From Bryobacterales bacterium (lineage in GTDB: Bacteria; Acidobacteriota; Terriglobia; Bryobacterales; UBA6623), in contig OZ241991.1 of the NCBI GenBank assembly GCA_965204095.1, positions 2,576,290 to 2,640,289 of the forward strand: DNA of 64,000 bases. The letters run 5' to 3'. The notes below the pieces were generated by a model that ran no database searches, was not told the DNA's origin, and was given only the letters and a program-made list of their open reading frames with translations. Made by a program: the position numbers and the translations under genes. Positions 55,171 through 63,927 of this stretch are shown in pieces. Position 1 is the first letter of the stretch, and each line of letters starts with the position of its first letter.

Positions 55171-55452
55171 CACGGCCCTTTAAGGTTTTTCACAAACAGG
55201 AATCACGAAACATGGTTTTCCCTGTCACCCCGTCGTCTCCAAGGAGAGCAACCCCAAGCCGGACCAACGGGTTTTCACGAATCACGGGGCTTTCCGAGAC
55301 CCGATCTGAACGCAAGCCGCCTTGGAGCAACGGCCACACCGCCTGCCTCGGTTTTGGGGTCACGAATCACGAGTCACGAGACACGAATCACGGCCTTTAT
55401 GTTTTTCACTAAAAACTAAAAACTGGCAACTGAAAACTATCCACTATCCACG
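55171..55452. repeat. Full composite repeat: CACGA modules, conserved spacer, CTAAAAA/CTATCCA array
   Basis: From 55364 the 7-nt register is kept across tcacgaa tcacgag tcacgag acacgaa tcacggc ctttatg tttttca ctaaaaa ctaaaaa ctggcaa ctgaaaa ctatcca ctatcca cggcctt. Confidence 0.9.
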
Positions 55453-55553
55453 GCCTTTTTCTCGGCTGACGGGAAAGACAGGTTAGAATCGTTATCCGGG
55501 TTCGGCTCTCACTCGCTTGGCCTCTCCGCCCGGATTCACGTTTCTTTCCTGGG

Positions 55554-57809
55554 ATGAATACCCTGGTTCGCGTTCTCTGGCTCGCCGGTCTGCTGGCTGT
55601 CTCTTCCCAACATTCATACGCCCAAGAGCTTGAATCGGCGCCGTTGAAGACGCTCCGCGCGCAACGGGTCTCCCAGCCGCCCGAGCTGGACGGCTTGGTC
55701 ACCGAAGCGTTCTGGGAGGAGATCGCCGTTGCGACCGACTTCATCCAGCAGAATCCCGAAGAGGGTGAACTCTCTCCCGAGCGCACGGAAGTTCGCGTTG
55801 TCTTCGACGACCGCAACTTGTATTTCGGCATCATCTGCTTCGATTCCCAACCGCAAAACATCGTCGTTACGCAAAACCGCCGGGACGCCGACCTCGAAGA
55901 CACCGACTCCCTGCTGATCCTGCTCGACACTTTCAACGACGACCAGAACGCGTTCATCTTCGGTACGAGCCCCACCGGCATCGAGTTTGACGCCCAGGTG
56001 TCCAAAGCCGGCCAGAGACGCGGAGGCGGCGGCGGTCCGGCCCGCGCCGGCGGCAGCGGCGGTGCCCAGCGCGGCGGTTCGTCGGCGTTCAACCTCAACT
56101 GGGACGGCGTCTGGAAAGTCCGGTCTCAAATCACTGAGCGCGGCTGGGAGAGCGAAATCGTCATCCCCTTCCGGACACTGCGCTACAAACCCGGTGCGGC
56201 CGTTTGGGGGCTCAATCTGATGCGCAACCTCCGCCGTCGCAACGAGTTGTCGTACTGGTCGCCCATCAGCCGCGCATTCAGGTTGACGCAGGTCAGCATG
56301 GCCGGGTCGCTCTCGGGGCTCGAAACCCGCACCCACCGCAACCTCAAGCTTCTGCCCTATGTGCTCGGCGGTTTCTCGCAGGATTACACCCGCTCGGATG
56401 ATCAAGGCCGGTTTGAACGCGACGCCGGTCTCGACCTTAAATACAGCCTGACGTCAAGCCTCACGCTCGACGCCACTTTCAATACCGACTTTGCCCAGGT
56501 TGAAGTCGACGACGAACAGGTCAACCTGACGCGTTTCGATCTGTTCTTTCCCGAGAAGCGTCCGTTCTTCCTCGAAAATTCCGGCTTCTTCGAATTCGGC
56601 ACAACCCAGGAAGTCGAGATCTTCTTCTCCCGCCGGATCGGACTCGACGACGACCGCAACCCCGTCCCCATCGACGCCGGGGCGCGCATCAGCGGAAAGG
56701 CCGGCCCGTACCAGATCGGAATGCTCAACATGCAGACGCGGTCCGTGGACGGAGCCGCCCCCGCCAACAACTACAGCGTCGCCCGCCTCAGCCGCGAACT
56801 GCCGAATCGCTCTTCCATCGGTGTGATCGGCGTCAACCGCCAGGCCACGACGCAGTTCGGCGGCAGCGGCAGCTACAACCGCACCTTCGGCGCTGACGCC
56901 AACATCGGCCTCGGCCGCTTCGGAAACTGGTTCAACTACGCCGCGGCGACACAGACTCCGGGACTGGATGGCAGCGACCACACTTATTCGAGCCGTTTCG
57001 AGTACGACGACGCCCGCCACCAGTTCACGCTGGGGTATATGGAAGTCGGACGCAACTTCAACCCCGAAGTCGGTTTCGTCCGCAGAGTCGGTTTTCGCAA
57101 ACCGGAGTACTTTTACCGCTACACGCACTATATGGACAGCGGTCCCATCCGCAGCATCGAGCCGCACTTCCTGAGTGATACTTGGCTGACGCTGGAAACG
57201 AACGAAAAGGAGTCCGGCTTCGATCACCTCCACCTGGACACGCGCTGGCAGAACGGTGGCCGGCTCGGCATCGCCTACAACCGGAACTTCGAGCGGCTCG
57301 ACATACCCTTCGAGGTCCACCCCGGCATCTTCATCCCGGTCGGACGCTACCAGTTCAACGAGTGGATCACGAACTTTCAATCCGACCCCAGCGCGACGGT
57401 GTACGTCGGGGGCAACGTGGCGGTCGGGGATTTCTACAGCGGAACGATCCGCACCCTCAACGGCCGCGTCGGCTTGCGCAAGGGAAAGAATCTGACGTGG
57501 GTAGGCTCCTGGGTCCGCAACTTCATCGAATTGCCGGTGGGCGATTTCAATACCGACCTGGTCGGTCTGCGCTTCAACTGGGCGTTTACGCCAAAAAGCT
57601 TCCTGCAGACCTTCAGTCAGTACAACAGCCGGACCGAGCAGATCGGCCACAACATCCGCCTGGGCCTGCTATCGACTTCCAGCACCGGGCTCTTCGTCGT
57701 CTACAACACAACCGATCTCTCGCGTGACTACTTCGACCCGCACGATGTCCAGCGGCGCACCCTCTCCCGCGCCCTGTTCATCAAGTTCAACTACTTGTTG
57801 GACTACTGA
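55554..57809 (+). CDS. Large secreted/outer-membrane protein with an N-terminal CBM9-like domain (DUF5916-like)
   Basis: It has a signal peptide. The motifs PPELDGLVTEAFWEE..ATDFIQ..P.EGE and NLYFGIICFD resemble the CBM9-like/DUF5916 family as I recall it from memory. The C-terminal region is beta-rich. Confidence 0.6.
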   Translation: MNTLVRVLWLAGLLAVSSQHSYAQELESAPLKTLRAQRVSQPPELDGLVTEAFWEEIAVATDFIQQNPEEGELSPERTEVRVVFDDRNLYFGIICFDSQPQNIVVTQNRRDADLEDTDSLLILLDTFNDDQNAFIFGTSPTGIEFDAQVSKAGQRRGGGGGPARAGGSGGAQRGGSSAFNLNWDGVWKVRSQITERGWESEIVIPFRTLRYKPGAAVWGLNLMRNLRRRNELSYWSPISRAFRLTQVSMAGSLSGLETRTHRNLKLLPYVLGGFSQDYTRSDDQGRFERDAGLDLKYSLTSSLTLDATFNTDFAQVEVDDEQVNLTRFDLFFPEKRPFFLENSGFFEFGTTQEVEIFFSRRIGLDDDRNPVPIDAGARISGKAGPYQIGMLNMQTRSVDGAAPANNYSVARLSRELPNRSSIGVIGVNRQATTQFGGSGSYNRTFGADANIGLGRFGNWFNYAAATQTPGLDGSDHTYSSRFEYDDARHQFTLGYMEVGRNFNPEVGFVRRVGFRKPEYFYRYTHYMDSGPIRSIEPHFLSDTWLTLETNEKESGFDHLHLDTRWQNGGRLGIAYNRNFERLDIPFEVHPGIFIPVGRYQFNEWITNFQSDPSATVYVGGNVAVGDFYSGTIRTLNGRVGLRKGKNLTWVGSWVRNFIELPVGDFNTDLVGLRFNWAFTPKSFLQTFSQYNSRTEQIGHNIRLGLLSTSSTGLFVVYNTTDLSRDYFDPHDVQRRTLSRALFIKFNYLLDY

Positions 57810-57834
57810 TCCCGCCCCCGCAAGGCCGGCCTGC

Positions 57835-58012
57835 AAGGTTTTCCACGAATCACGGGTTTTCCGAGACCCGGCCTGAACGCAAGCCGCCTTGGAGCAACGG
57901 ACATACCGTCTGCCTCGGTTTTGGGGTCACGAATCACGAGACACGAAACACGAATCACGGCCTTTATGCTTTTCACTAACAACTAACCACTAATAACTAA
58001 AAACTATCCACG
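57835..58012. repeat. Full composite repeat (CACGA module plus CTAACAA/CTAAAAA/CTATCCA array)
   Basis: It is near-identical in layout to 55270-55452, including the gaacgcaagccgccttggagcaacgg core. Confidence 0.9.
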
Positions 58013-58040
58013 GCCTTTTTACCGCCTGCTGCCAAGTATA

Positions 58041-58532
58041 ATGAGGCGCATGGCGGCTCTGGAATCAGGCGCCGGCGCGCCGGACTTCAGACTTCTCGAC
58101 GCCGGCGGCGAGGAATTCCACCTGCGCGGACAGCTCGACACCGGTCCCGTCGTGCTGACCTTCTTCAAGACCAGTTGTCCAACTTGCCAGTATGGATTGC
58201 CGTACCTCGATCGGCTTGCCTCGGCCCTCGAAGGAACGGCCGCCGAATCCATTGCCGTTTGCCAGGACTCGCCCGGAGACGCCGAGCGTTTCAAGCTCGA
58301 GTTCGACTTCAAGACGCGCGTCGTGTTCGATACGGAGGAAGCGGACTTTCCGGTCTCGAATGCCTACGGCCTCACGAACGTGCCGACCGTCTTCCTCATC
58401 CAGCGGGACGGCGGCATCGCCCACACGGGTGTCGGCTGGTCGAGGTCCGACGTCGAGGAGATCGCAGCCAAGCTGGGAGTGAGCGCCCCTTTCCGTCCGG
58501 AAGAAGACGTCCTGCCGTTCAAGCCCGGTTGA
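58041..58532 (+). CDS. Thioredoxin-fold redoxin (AhpC/TSA/TlpA-like)
   Basis: It has APDFRLLD..G..F.L and VVLTFFKTSCPTCQ (a CxxC motif). Confidence 0.8.
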   Translation: MRRMAALESGAGAPDFRLLDAGGEEFHLRGQLDTGPVVLTFFKTSCPTCQYGLPYLDRLASALEGTAAESIAVCQDSPGDAERFKLEFDFKTRVVFDTEEADFPVSNAYGLTNVPTVFLIQRDGGIAHTGVGWSRSDVEEIAAKLGVSAPFRPEEDVLPFKPG

Positions 58533-58651
58533 GGATCGCGAAACTAGCTCCGGTCCGGAGCTTTCTGCGACTCACATATCCCACGGCCCGTTAGCAGCCC
58601 GAGCTTTGTTGAACCCATTCCGGGTTTCCCGGCGACCATGTCGCAGCCGGG

Positions 58652-58930
58652 CCTGCATGTCTCGCCAAGCGGCGAGGCCAAGTGCCTGAGAGGGCCGCCG
58701 GGCGGAGGAAAAAGGCGCGAGCAGGCGTACTTGCCAAATCGCCTACTTCACCCCTCGGATCGCGAAGCACTGCCTTTACAGTTCACCGGCCGCCAGACAT
58801 TCCTTTCAAGAGCGAACGAGGCCACGCAAATGGTTTTCACGAATCACGAAACACGAGACACGAATCACGGCTTTTACGTTTTTCACTAAAAACGAAAAAC
58901 TGAAAACTAACAACTAAAAAACTAACCACT
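58652..58930. repeat. Composite repeat: palindromic-element left arm, CACGA module, CTAAAAA array
   Basis: The sequence runs cctgcatgtctcgccaagcggcgaggccaagtgcctgagagggcc ... cacgaatcacgaaacacgagacacgaatcacggc..cactaaaaacgaaaaactgaaaactaacaactaaaaaactaacc. Confidence 0.85.
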
Positions 58931-61204
58931 GCCTTCGGTTCCGCCATACAGCCGCCGGTAGACCTCTGCGTTGCGCATCACCGATTGGACGTAGCCGCGC
59001 GTCTCGGTGAAGGGAATGCTTTCCGCGAACTCCTCCGGGTCGGAAAGGTCCTCCCAGCTAAGCCAGGCATCGACGCGGTGCTCGCCCGCGTTGTACCCGG
59101 CGAGGGTGTATTCGAGCCGGTGGTTGAATCTCTTCAAGACCGTCTTGAAGTGGAACGTGCCCAGACGCAAGCTCAGGTCGGCGTTGTACAGTTGGCGGTT
59201 GGAAAGACCCGATATGCCGAGCCGCCGCGCCAGGCCCCGGCCGGTACGAGGCATGATTTGCATCAGGCCCAGCGCGCCCGCCCGAGATTTTGCCCCGGGA
59301 TTGAATTCCGACTCCTGACGGATCAGGCCGGCAACGAGATACGGGTCGAGTGAATGAGGCGCAGCACGGCGCTTGAGCTGTTTCGCGTAGGGCAACGGGA
59401 ACAGGCGTTCCCAATATTCGCGCGCCATCGCCCCGAGCGGAACGCGAAGGTACCCGAATCCGTAACGTTTCATGTAGCGCAGTCCGCGATGGAACTGTCT
59501 GTTTTCGCTTTTCTGGCGCGCCAGCTCGAGACCGACCAGGTGAGCGTCCGGCTTGCGGTAGTCGGCCGTCCGCAACTCCCCTTCGGCAAGATCGCGCAGC
59601 CCCAGGGCAAAGAGGAGTTCTCCCCGTTCCAGTTTGAATTTCGTGGCTTGCTCAGGCTCGTCGGCGAACCGCCGAGGTCCGGGGATCGAGTCGAAGTAGT
59701 CCGGCGCGCGGGCCGGTTTGCCGGCCGGCGGCAGCTTCGCGAGGCGTCCGCGCGCTCGGACGGCGTGATAGTAATGCGGAAAACGCCGGGTCAACTCGCT
59801 GTAAAGCGCCCTTGCCAGGCCGGTCTGTCCGTTCGCTTGCTCGACGCGGGCCAGCCAGTAGATGGCGCCCGACACCGTCGACGACTTCGGATACAGCCGG
59901 ATGTGTTCTTCGAAGAGCGATGCGGCGCGGGGATCATCGTCCCGATAGGCCCGCCAGCAGACTTTCCAGTGCGCCTTCGCGGCGTTCACGCCTCTCGGCA
60001 GCGCCCGCGCGCAGCGCTCGTAGTACTTGCGGTATTCCTTGGGCTGATTCTGGAGCAGGTAGTAGTTCCCCAGCGAGAACAGCGCTTCCCCGTACCAGGG
60101 CGACTTCGGATGCTTCTCGCCAAGCTGCTCGGCGCGCTGCCGGAATTCCGTGATCCTTCGCTTCCGGCGGGCGCATTCGCCGAGATAGTACAACCGCTCG
60201 GCTGCCAGATCCGGATCGGTGATATTGAGCTTCGACAACCAGCCGTAGGCGATGGTCGTCCGCAAACGGCGGTAGTCGGCCGACCCGGCGCGGACCTGGG
60301 CATGCTCGCGGTCGCGCCCTTTCAGTCCGGCGGCGAGCGCCCGGCGATATTCGGGCGCCGCCTTGGAGTACTTGCGTGCGTTGTAAAGCTTGTCGGCCCG
60401 TTCGAGTCTCCAGGCGGCGGGCGCATCGGGATACCGGCTCCCCAGCTTCGCGCGAAGCGCGTTCAGCGCCGTCTCCGCGGGGTCGGCCTGGCTGCTCAAC
60501 GGATACTTGTAGTAGACAAGCCGGTAGGTCCGTACGGCGTCCAGCAATGCGCCGTCGAGCTGCAGCGTGCGGGCAATCAGGTAATGGCGGACCGATTCCT
60601 CCATCTTGCCTTGCGAGGCGCTCAACAGCCGCCGTGCTTCCTGCCGGCGTTTGTCGCGTATCAAACTCTCGGCTTGCAGCCGCAGCGAGCGCCCCAGCAG
60701 CAGGCTGTTGGGAAAACGCCTGGGAAAATTCTCGATCGTGTCGGCCGCCGAAGCGAAATCCTCGGCGCCCGCGAGCGCCCGGGCATGGAAGAAGTGCGCG
60801 TAGTCGGACAGCACGCCGCCGTCGCGGGAAGCATGCCGCAGGTGCGGCACGGCGTCTTCATAGGCTCGGGCCTCATAGTCGCCCATGCCGAGAGCGAAAC
60901 GCGCCAGTGCCGCCTGCGAGCCGTCCGCCTTCCGGATGTATGCGGCAAGCGGCGTGCGGTCGGACGCCCTTCCCGACTTGATGTAGGAACGGCTGTGCCG
61001 TTGAAGCTCGGGAGAAGCCGCGCGGAGTCCTCCAACAGACAGCCCGGCGACAAGCAGTGCTGCCAACAAGATCAGCCTGCTTTTTCTCCCGCACGGTGAG
61101 CCAACGTGAAGGAAAAGGCCGTCAGGAAGAAGGGTGCGCCGCTTGGCGCGCAGAAGTGGACTTGGCGGTATGCTGAGCCCGCCAAGCAAACGGAATAAGG
61201 TCAT
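58922..61204 (-). CDS. Soluble lytic murein transglycosylase (Slt family) with a superhelical/TPR-like N-terminal domain
   Basis: The C-terminal SLT domain shows LIRQESEFNPGAKSRAGALGLMQIMP and YNAG. The start is uncertain: both candidate Met codons (61204, 61234) lie inside a degenerate repeat copy. The stop TAG lies in the heptamer array. Confidence 0.85.
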   Translation of the reverse strand: MTLFRLLGGLSIPPSPLLRAKRRTLLPDGLFLHVGSPCGRKSRLILLAALLVAGLSVGGLRAASPELQRHSRSYIKSGRASDRTPLAAYIRKADGSQAALARFALGMGDYEARAYEDAVPHLRHASRDGGVLSDYAHFFHARALAGAEDFASAADTIENFPRRFPNSLLLGRSLRLQAESLIRDKRRQEARRLLSASQGKMEESVRHYLIARTLQLDGALLDAVRTYRLVYYKYPLSSQADPAETALNALRAKLGSRYPDAPAAWRLERADKLYNARKYSKAAPEYRRALAAGLKGRDREHAQVRAGSADYRRLRTTIAYGWLSKLNITDPDLAAERLYYLGECARRKRRITEFRQRAEQLGEKHPKSPWYGEALFSLGNYYLLQNQPKEYRKYYERCARALPRGVNAAKAHWKVCWRAYRDDDPRAASLFEEHIRLYPKSSTVSGAIYWLARVEQANGQTGLARALYSELTRRFPHYYHAVRARGRLAKLPPAGKPARAPDYFDSIPGPRRFADEPEQATKFKLERGELLFALGLRDLAEGELRTADYRKPDAHLVGLELARQKSENRQFHRGLRYMKRYGFGYLRVPLGAMAREYWERLFPLPYAKQLKRRAAPHSLDPYLVAGLIRQESEFNPGAKSRAGALGLMQIMPRTGRGLARRLGISGLSNRQLYNADLSLRLGTFHFKTVLKRFNHRLEYTLAGYNAGEHRVDAWLSWEDLSDPEEFAESIPFTETRGYVQSVMRNAEVYRRLYGGTEGSG

Positions 61205-61250
61205 GGCCGCCTCATTGCGTGCTTCGAACGTCACATAGGAGAAATGCAGG
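61085..61250. repeat. Degenerate palindromic-element copy overlapping the 5' end of the Slt gene
   Basis: It retains ggccgtcagga, gcgccgcttggcgcgc and gtgcttcgaacgtcacataggagaaatgcagg. Confidence 0.6.
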
Positions 61251-61360
61251 CCGGTACAGCGCCTGAACGTTTCGAAGTCTTCATCCCCAAAGGCGGGAAG
61301 CGGGCGAGACTCTCCCTACATGGTAAACCCTGGAAGCCGTCAGGAAAAGCCCACCGCTGG

Positions 61361-61462
61361 CCTGCCTTTCTCCCCGCGCGCCGAGGCAAAGTCCGTGCGG
61401 ATCAAGAATCAGGGCTTTCAAGCCTTTCACTAACCACTATCCACTGTCCACTATCCCCCCCG
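61361..61462. repeat. Degenerate palindromic-element left arm followed by a CCACTAT heptamer array
   Basis: The sequence is cctgcctttctccccgcgcgccgaggcaaagtccgtgcgg...cactaaccactatccactgtccactatcc. Confidence 0.7.
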
Positions 61463-61464
61463 CC

Positions 61465-61533
61465 AACGATTCCAGATACCGTCGCGCCCGATTCCACGTA
61501 GCCGCTCCTGGCGGTGTTGCAGTCGAACCCATG
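61465..61533 (-). pseudogene. Orphan ~23-codon remnant of a TIM-barrel isomerase 3' end
   Basis: It encodes ..TWNRARRYLESLAGG, compared with ..EINRARGHLESLAEM at the end of 51470..52411. It is joined to a heptamer array at the same relative point. Confidence 0.5.
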
Positions 61534-61566
61534 GACAGTGATTTGTGAATAGTGGACAGTGGGAAG
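61532..61566. repeat. Inverted (reverse-complement) CCACTRT heptamer array
   Basis: The units are tggacag tgatttg tgaatag tggacag tgggaag. The reverse complement of 61547-61564 matches 61957-61980 at about 15 of 16 positions. Confidence 0.8.
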
Positions 61567-61567
61567 G

Positions 61568-61930
61568 TTAACGACGTAGCGACTTTATGAGCCCGGTCAA
61601 TAATTTGTTGGTTTCCTCGCAACGCTTCAAAGCGTCGGTCACGTTCTCTTCGGGTAAGAGATCCAAGTTTCCGCACAAAGTCAGCAGCGTCTCCAATTCG
61701 GCGAGGGAACCTCGTGCTATCCCCAGAAAGTGTAGAAACTCTCCCCTGCCATGACGGGCTTGACCCTCCGCGATGTTGGCCGGAATCGACACCGCCGCCC
61801 GCGTCAACTGCGAGCGCATCCCATAAGCCTCTTCTCTCGGCAATTGCGGCGAACAGCGATAAATGGTCTCGGCCAAGTCCATCGACTTCTGCCAGACCAC
61901 CAGTTCCCGATAGCTCTGCAACGGTCCCAT
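61568..61930 (-). CDS. Four-helix-bundle protein (23S rRNA intervening-sequence protein family, PF05635; same fold family as DGR Avd)
   Basis: The sequence is MGPLQSYRELVVWQKSMDLAETIY...QLTRAAVSIPANIAEGQARHGRGEFLHFLGIARGSLAELETLL. The AEG, F..FL.IA.GS..E and L motifs are characteristic. GC is lower than in the surroundings. Confidence 0.85.
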   Translation of the reverse strand: MGPLQSYRELVVWQKSMDLAETIYRCSPQLPREEAYGMRSQLTRAAVSIPANIAEGQARHGRGEFLHFLGIARGSLAELETLLTLCGNLDLLPEENVTDALKRCEETNKLLTGLIKSLRR

Positions 61931-61952
61931 AGGGCGCCACAGCCTCCCTCGC

Positions 61953-61990
61953 ACTACCCACTATCCACTGTCCACTATCCACTATCCACG
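61953..61990. repeat. CCACTAT heptamer array
   Basis: The sequence is actacccactatccactgtccactatccactatccacgg. It contains the stop codon and last four codons of 61975..62661. Confidence 0.9.
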
Positions 61991-62661
61991 GCCTCTTCCG
62001 GTTGCGGCGCCGTCCTCTTGCGGGTTCCGACGGCTTCGATCCAAGCCTCCGAGACCGCGACCAGCACCTCGATCGCAGGTTGCTCGACGGGGTTCTGCTC
62101 GTCTCCGTCGGCGAGCAACAAGGCAAGCACGCGGTCGCGCAGCACGATCGGGAAAAGGTGCACGCGATCTTCCTCCGCGGTGACCAGGATCGTGGCAAGT
62201 GGCTCTCCGAGCTCTCCGGAGCCGCCTCCGCAAACGACGGTGTCTCTCGTCTCGACGGCGTGCGCCGGCCCCGCTGCGTCGGCAAGGGGGAATTCCAGTC
62301 GCTCAACCGCCTTCCGTTGCTTTTTGTCGTCCGCGCCCGTCAGGCGGAAGCCGAGAAGCCGATCCTCTTTCTGAATGAACAGCGCCGTCCGCCGTGCGAA
62401 GCGCCCCGCCGCTTCGACCAGCGCCACGGCGATGCCCGTCACGGAGTGCTCGAGACGAATCTGCCGCAGCGCTTCAAGCAGGGATTCGCTCGCGCGGGTA
62501 CGAGCCGCTTTTTCTATTTCCCCGCGCTCTTTCCGCAATCGGGCCTCCAGCCACGCGGTGTGTCTGGCGTCGAGTTGCGATGCGACTTCGCGCCGGAACT
62601 GCTCGAAGGCGGGATCGAGCAGTGAATCCAGCTCCGGGAAGTTGTCGGACTCTTCCGGCAC
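61975..62661 (-). CDS. Hypothetical cytoplasmic protein, possibly GAF-like
   Basis: The ORF is 228 aa with coherent codon usage. It has an N-terminal coiled-coil-like segment and a C-terminal alpha/beta region. No firm motif was found. Confidence 0.6.
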   Translation of the reverse strand: MPEESDNFPELDSLLDPAFEQFRREVASQLDARHTAWLEARLRKERGEIEKAARTRASESLLEALRQIRLEHSVTGIAVALVEAAGRFARRTALFIQKEDRLLGFRLTGADDKKQRKAVERLEFPLADAAGPAHAVETRDTVVCGGGSGELGEPLATILVTAEEDRVHLFPIVLRDRVLALLLADGDEQNPVEQPAIEVLVAVSEAWIEAVGTRKRTAPQPEEAVDSG

Positions 62662-62716
62662 GTTCTATGGTTCGCGGGGCGCGAACTCCGGGGACTGCTA
62701 TTGTAGCGGGAGCTGG

Positions 62717-62852
62717 CCTGCATTTCTCACCACGTGGCAAGGCAAAGTGGGTGAGAGGACCGTCAGGACGAGGCGCGAGCCGCTAACGCCGGCAATACGG
62801 TCTGCAAGTTTTTCCAATCACTAACCACTAAAAACTAGAAACTAAAAACTGC
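62717..62852. repeat. Composite repeat: palindromic-element left arm plus a CTAAAAA-type array
   Basis: The sequence runs cctgcatttctcaccacgtggcaaggcaaagtgggtgagaggaccgtcaggacgaggcgcg...cactaaccactaaaaactagaaactaaaaactgcc. Confidence 0.85.
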
Positions 62853-62895
62853 CTTCGTGAAATCGGCAGTCAACAAGGGAAACGGGTCTGAGCAA

Positions 62896-63627
62896 ATGGG
62901 AGTCGAACTCGAGGGACGGGTAGCCGTCGTAACCGGAGGTAGCCGCGGCATCGGCGCCGCCGTGACGCGGGCGTTGCTGAACGAAGGAGCTTCGGTCGTC
63001 ATCTGTGGGCGAAGCGCCGGGACGTTGGAGCAGGCGCTGTCGGACTTCCGGCCGCTTGGCCCTGTCGAGGGGCGTGTCTGCGATGTCGGCCGCTTCGACG
63101 AAGTGGCCGCCCTGTTCCGTTTCGTCGGTCAATCCTTCGGGAAGCTCGACTACCTGGTCAACAACGCGGGCGTAGGCCGGTTCGCGCCGGTCGACGAGAT
63201 CGACCCCGCCGCTTGGGACGAGGTCATCGCCACGAACCTCAACGGAGTTTTCTATTGCTGCCGCGAGGCCGTCCCTTTGATGAAGAAGAACGGTGGCGGC
63301 TTCATCATCAATATCGGCAGCTTGGCCGGCAAGCACCCCTTCGTCGGGGGCGCGGCGTACAACGCGTCGAAGTTCGGTTTGAACGGTTTCACCGAAGCGA
63401 TGATGCTGGACCTGCGGCACGACGGCATTCGCGTCAGCACGATCATGCCCGGCAGCGTCGATACCGGGTTCGGCGGGGCCGGCCGTCCCGCCGCCGATTG
63501 GAAGATCGCGCCGGAGCACATCGCCGCGACCGTCCTCCATCTGATCAGGATGCCCGCGAGAAGCCTTGCCAGCCGCGTCGAGATGCGGCCCAGCCGTCCT
63601 CCGAAACGCCGTGTCGGCGCAACGTGA
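62896..63627 (+). CDS. SDR family oxidoreductase (FabG-like)
   Basis: It has TGGSRGIG, NNAG and S..Y..SK motifs. I chose the start at MGVELEGRV; the track GTG start is at 62857. Confidence 0.9.
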   Translation: MGVELEGRVAVVTGGSRGIGAAVTRALLNEGASVVICGRSAGTLEQALSDFRPLGPVEGRVCDVGRFDEVAALFRFVGQSFGKLDYLVNNAGVGRFAPVDEIDPAAWDEVIATNLNGVFYCCREAVPLMKKNGGGFIINIGSLAGKHPFVGGAAYNASKFGLNGFTEAMMLDLRHDGIRVSTIMPGSVDTGFGGAGRPAADWKIAPEHIAATVLHLIRMPARSLASRVEMRPSRPPKRRVGAT

Positions 63628-63661
63628 GAAGGTCCCCTGGCGAGCGAAGCACCAATCCTGG

Positions 63662-63925
63662 CCTGTCTTTTTCACCACGTGGCGGGGCGAAGCCGGCAGG
63701 ACGAGGTGCGAGCCGCCCGAGCCAAGGCCGCCAAGGTTTTCACAAGACACGAGACAAGGCCATTGCCTGGAGCGCGGCGCAAGCCAGCGCGAATTCCGAG
63801 GTTTTCACGAAACACGAGACACGAATCACGGCTTTTATTCGAATCACGGCCTTTCCCGTGGCTCGTTTGGTGCCTGTTGGTACTGAAGCCCTTCAGTCTT
63901 GTTTTTTCTGCCCCGGCCTGCTAGG
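63662..63925. repeat. Composite repeat cluster (degenerate left arm, CACGA modules, ctgaagggcttcag hairpin motif)
   Basis: The sequence runs cctgtctttttcaccacgtggcggggcgaag... cacgaaacacgagacacgaatcacggc.. The 3' part is the inverted counterpart of 5450-5515. Confidence 0.75.
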
Positions 63926-63927
63926 CA

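Noticed and set aside
55364-55452. CRISPR-like interpretation of the short tandem arrays.
   Set aside because: Units are 7 nt and contiguous, with no spacers. No cas genes are present and there are no 25-40-nt repeats.
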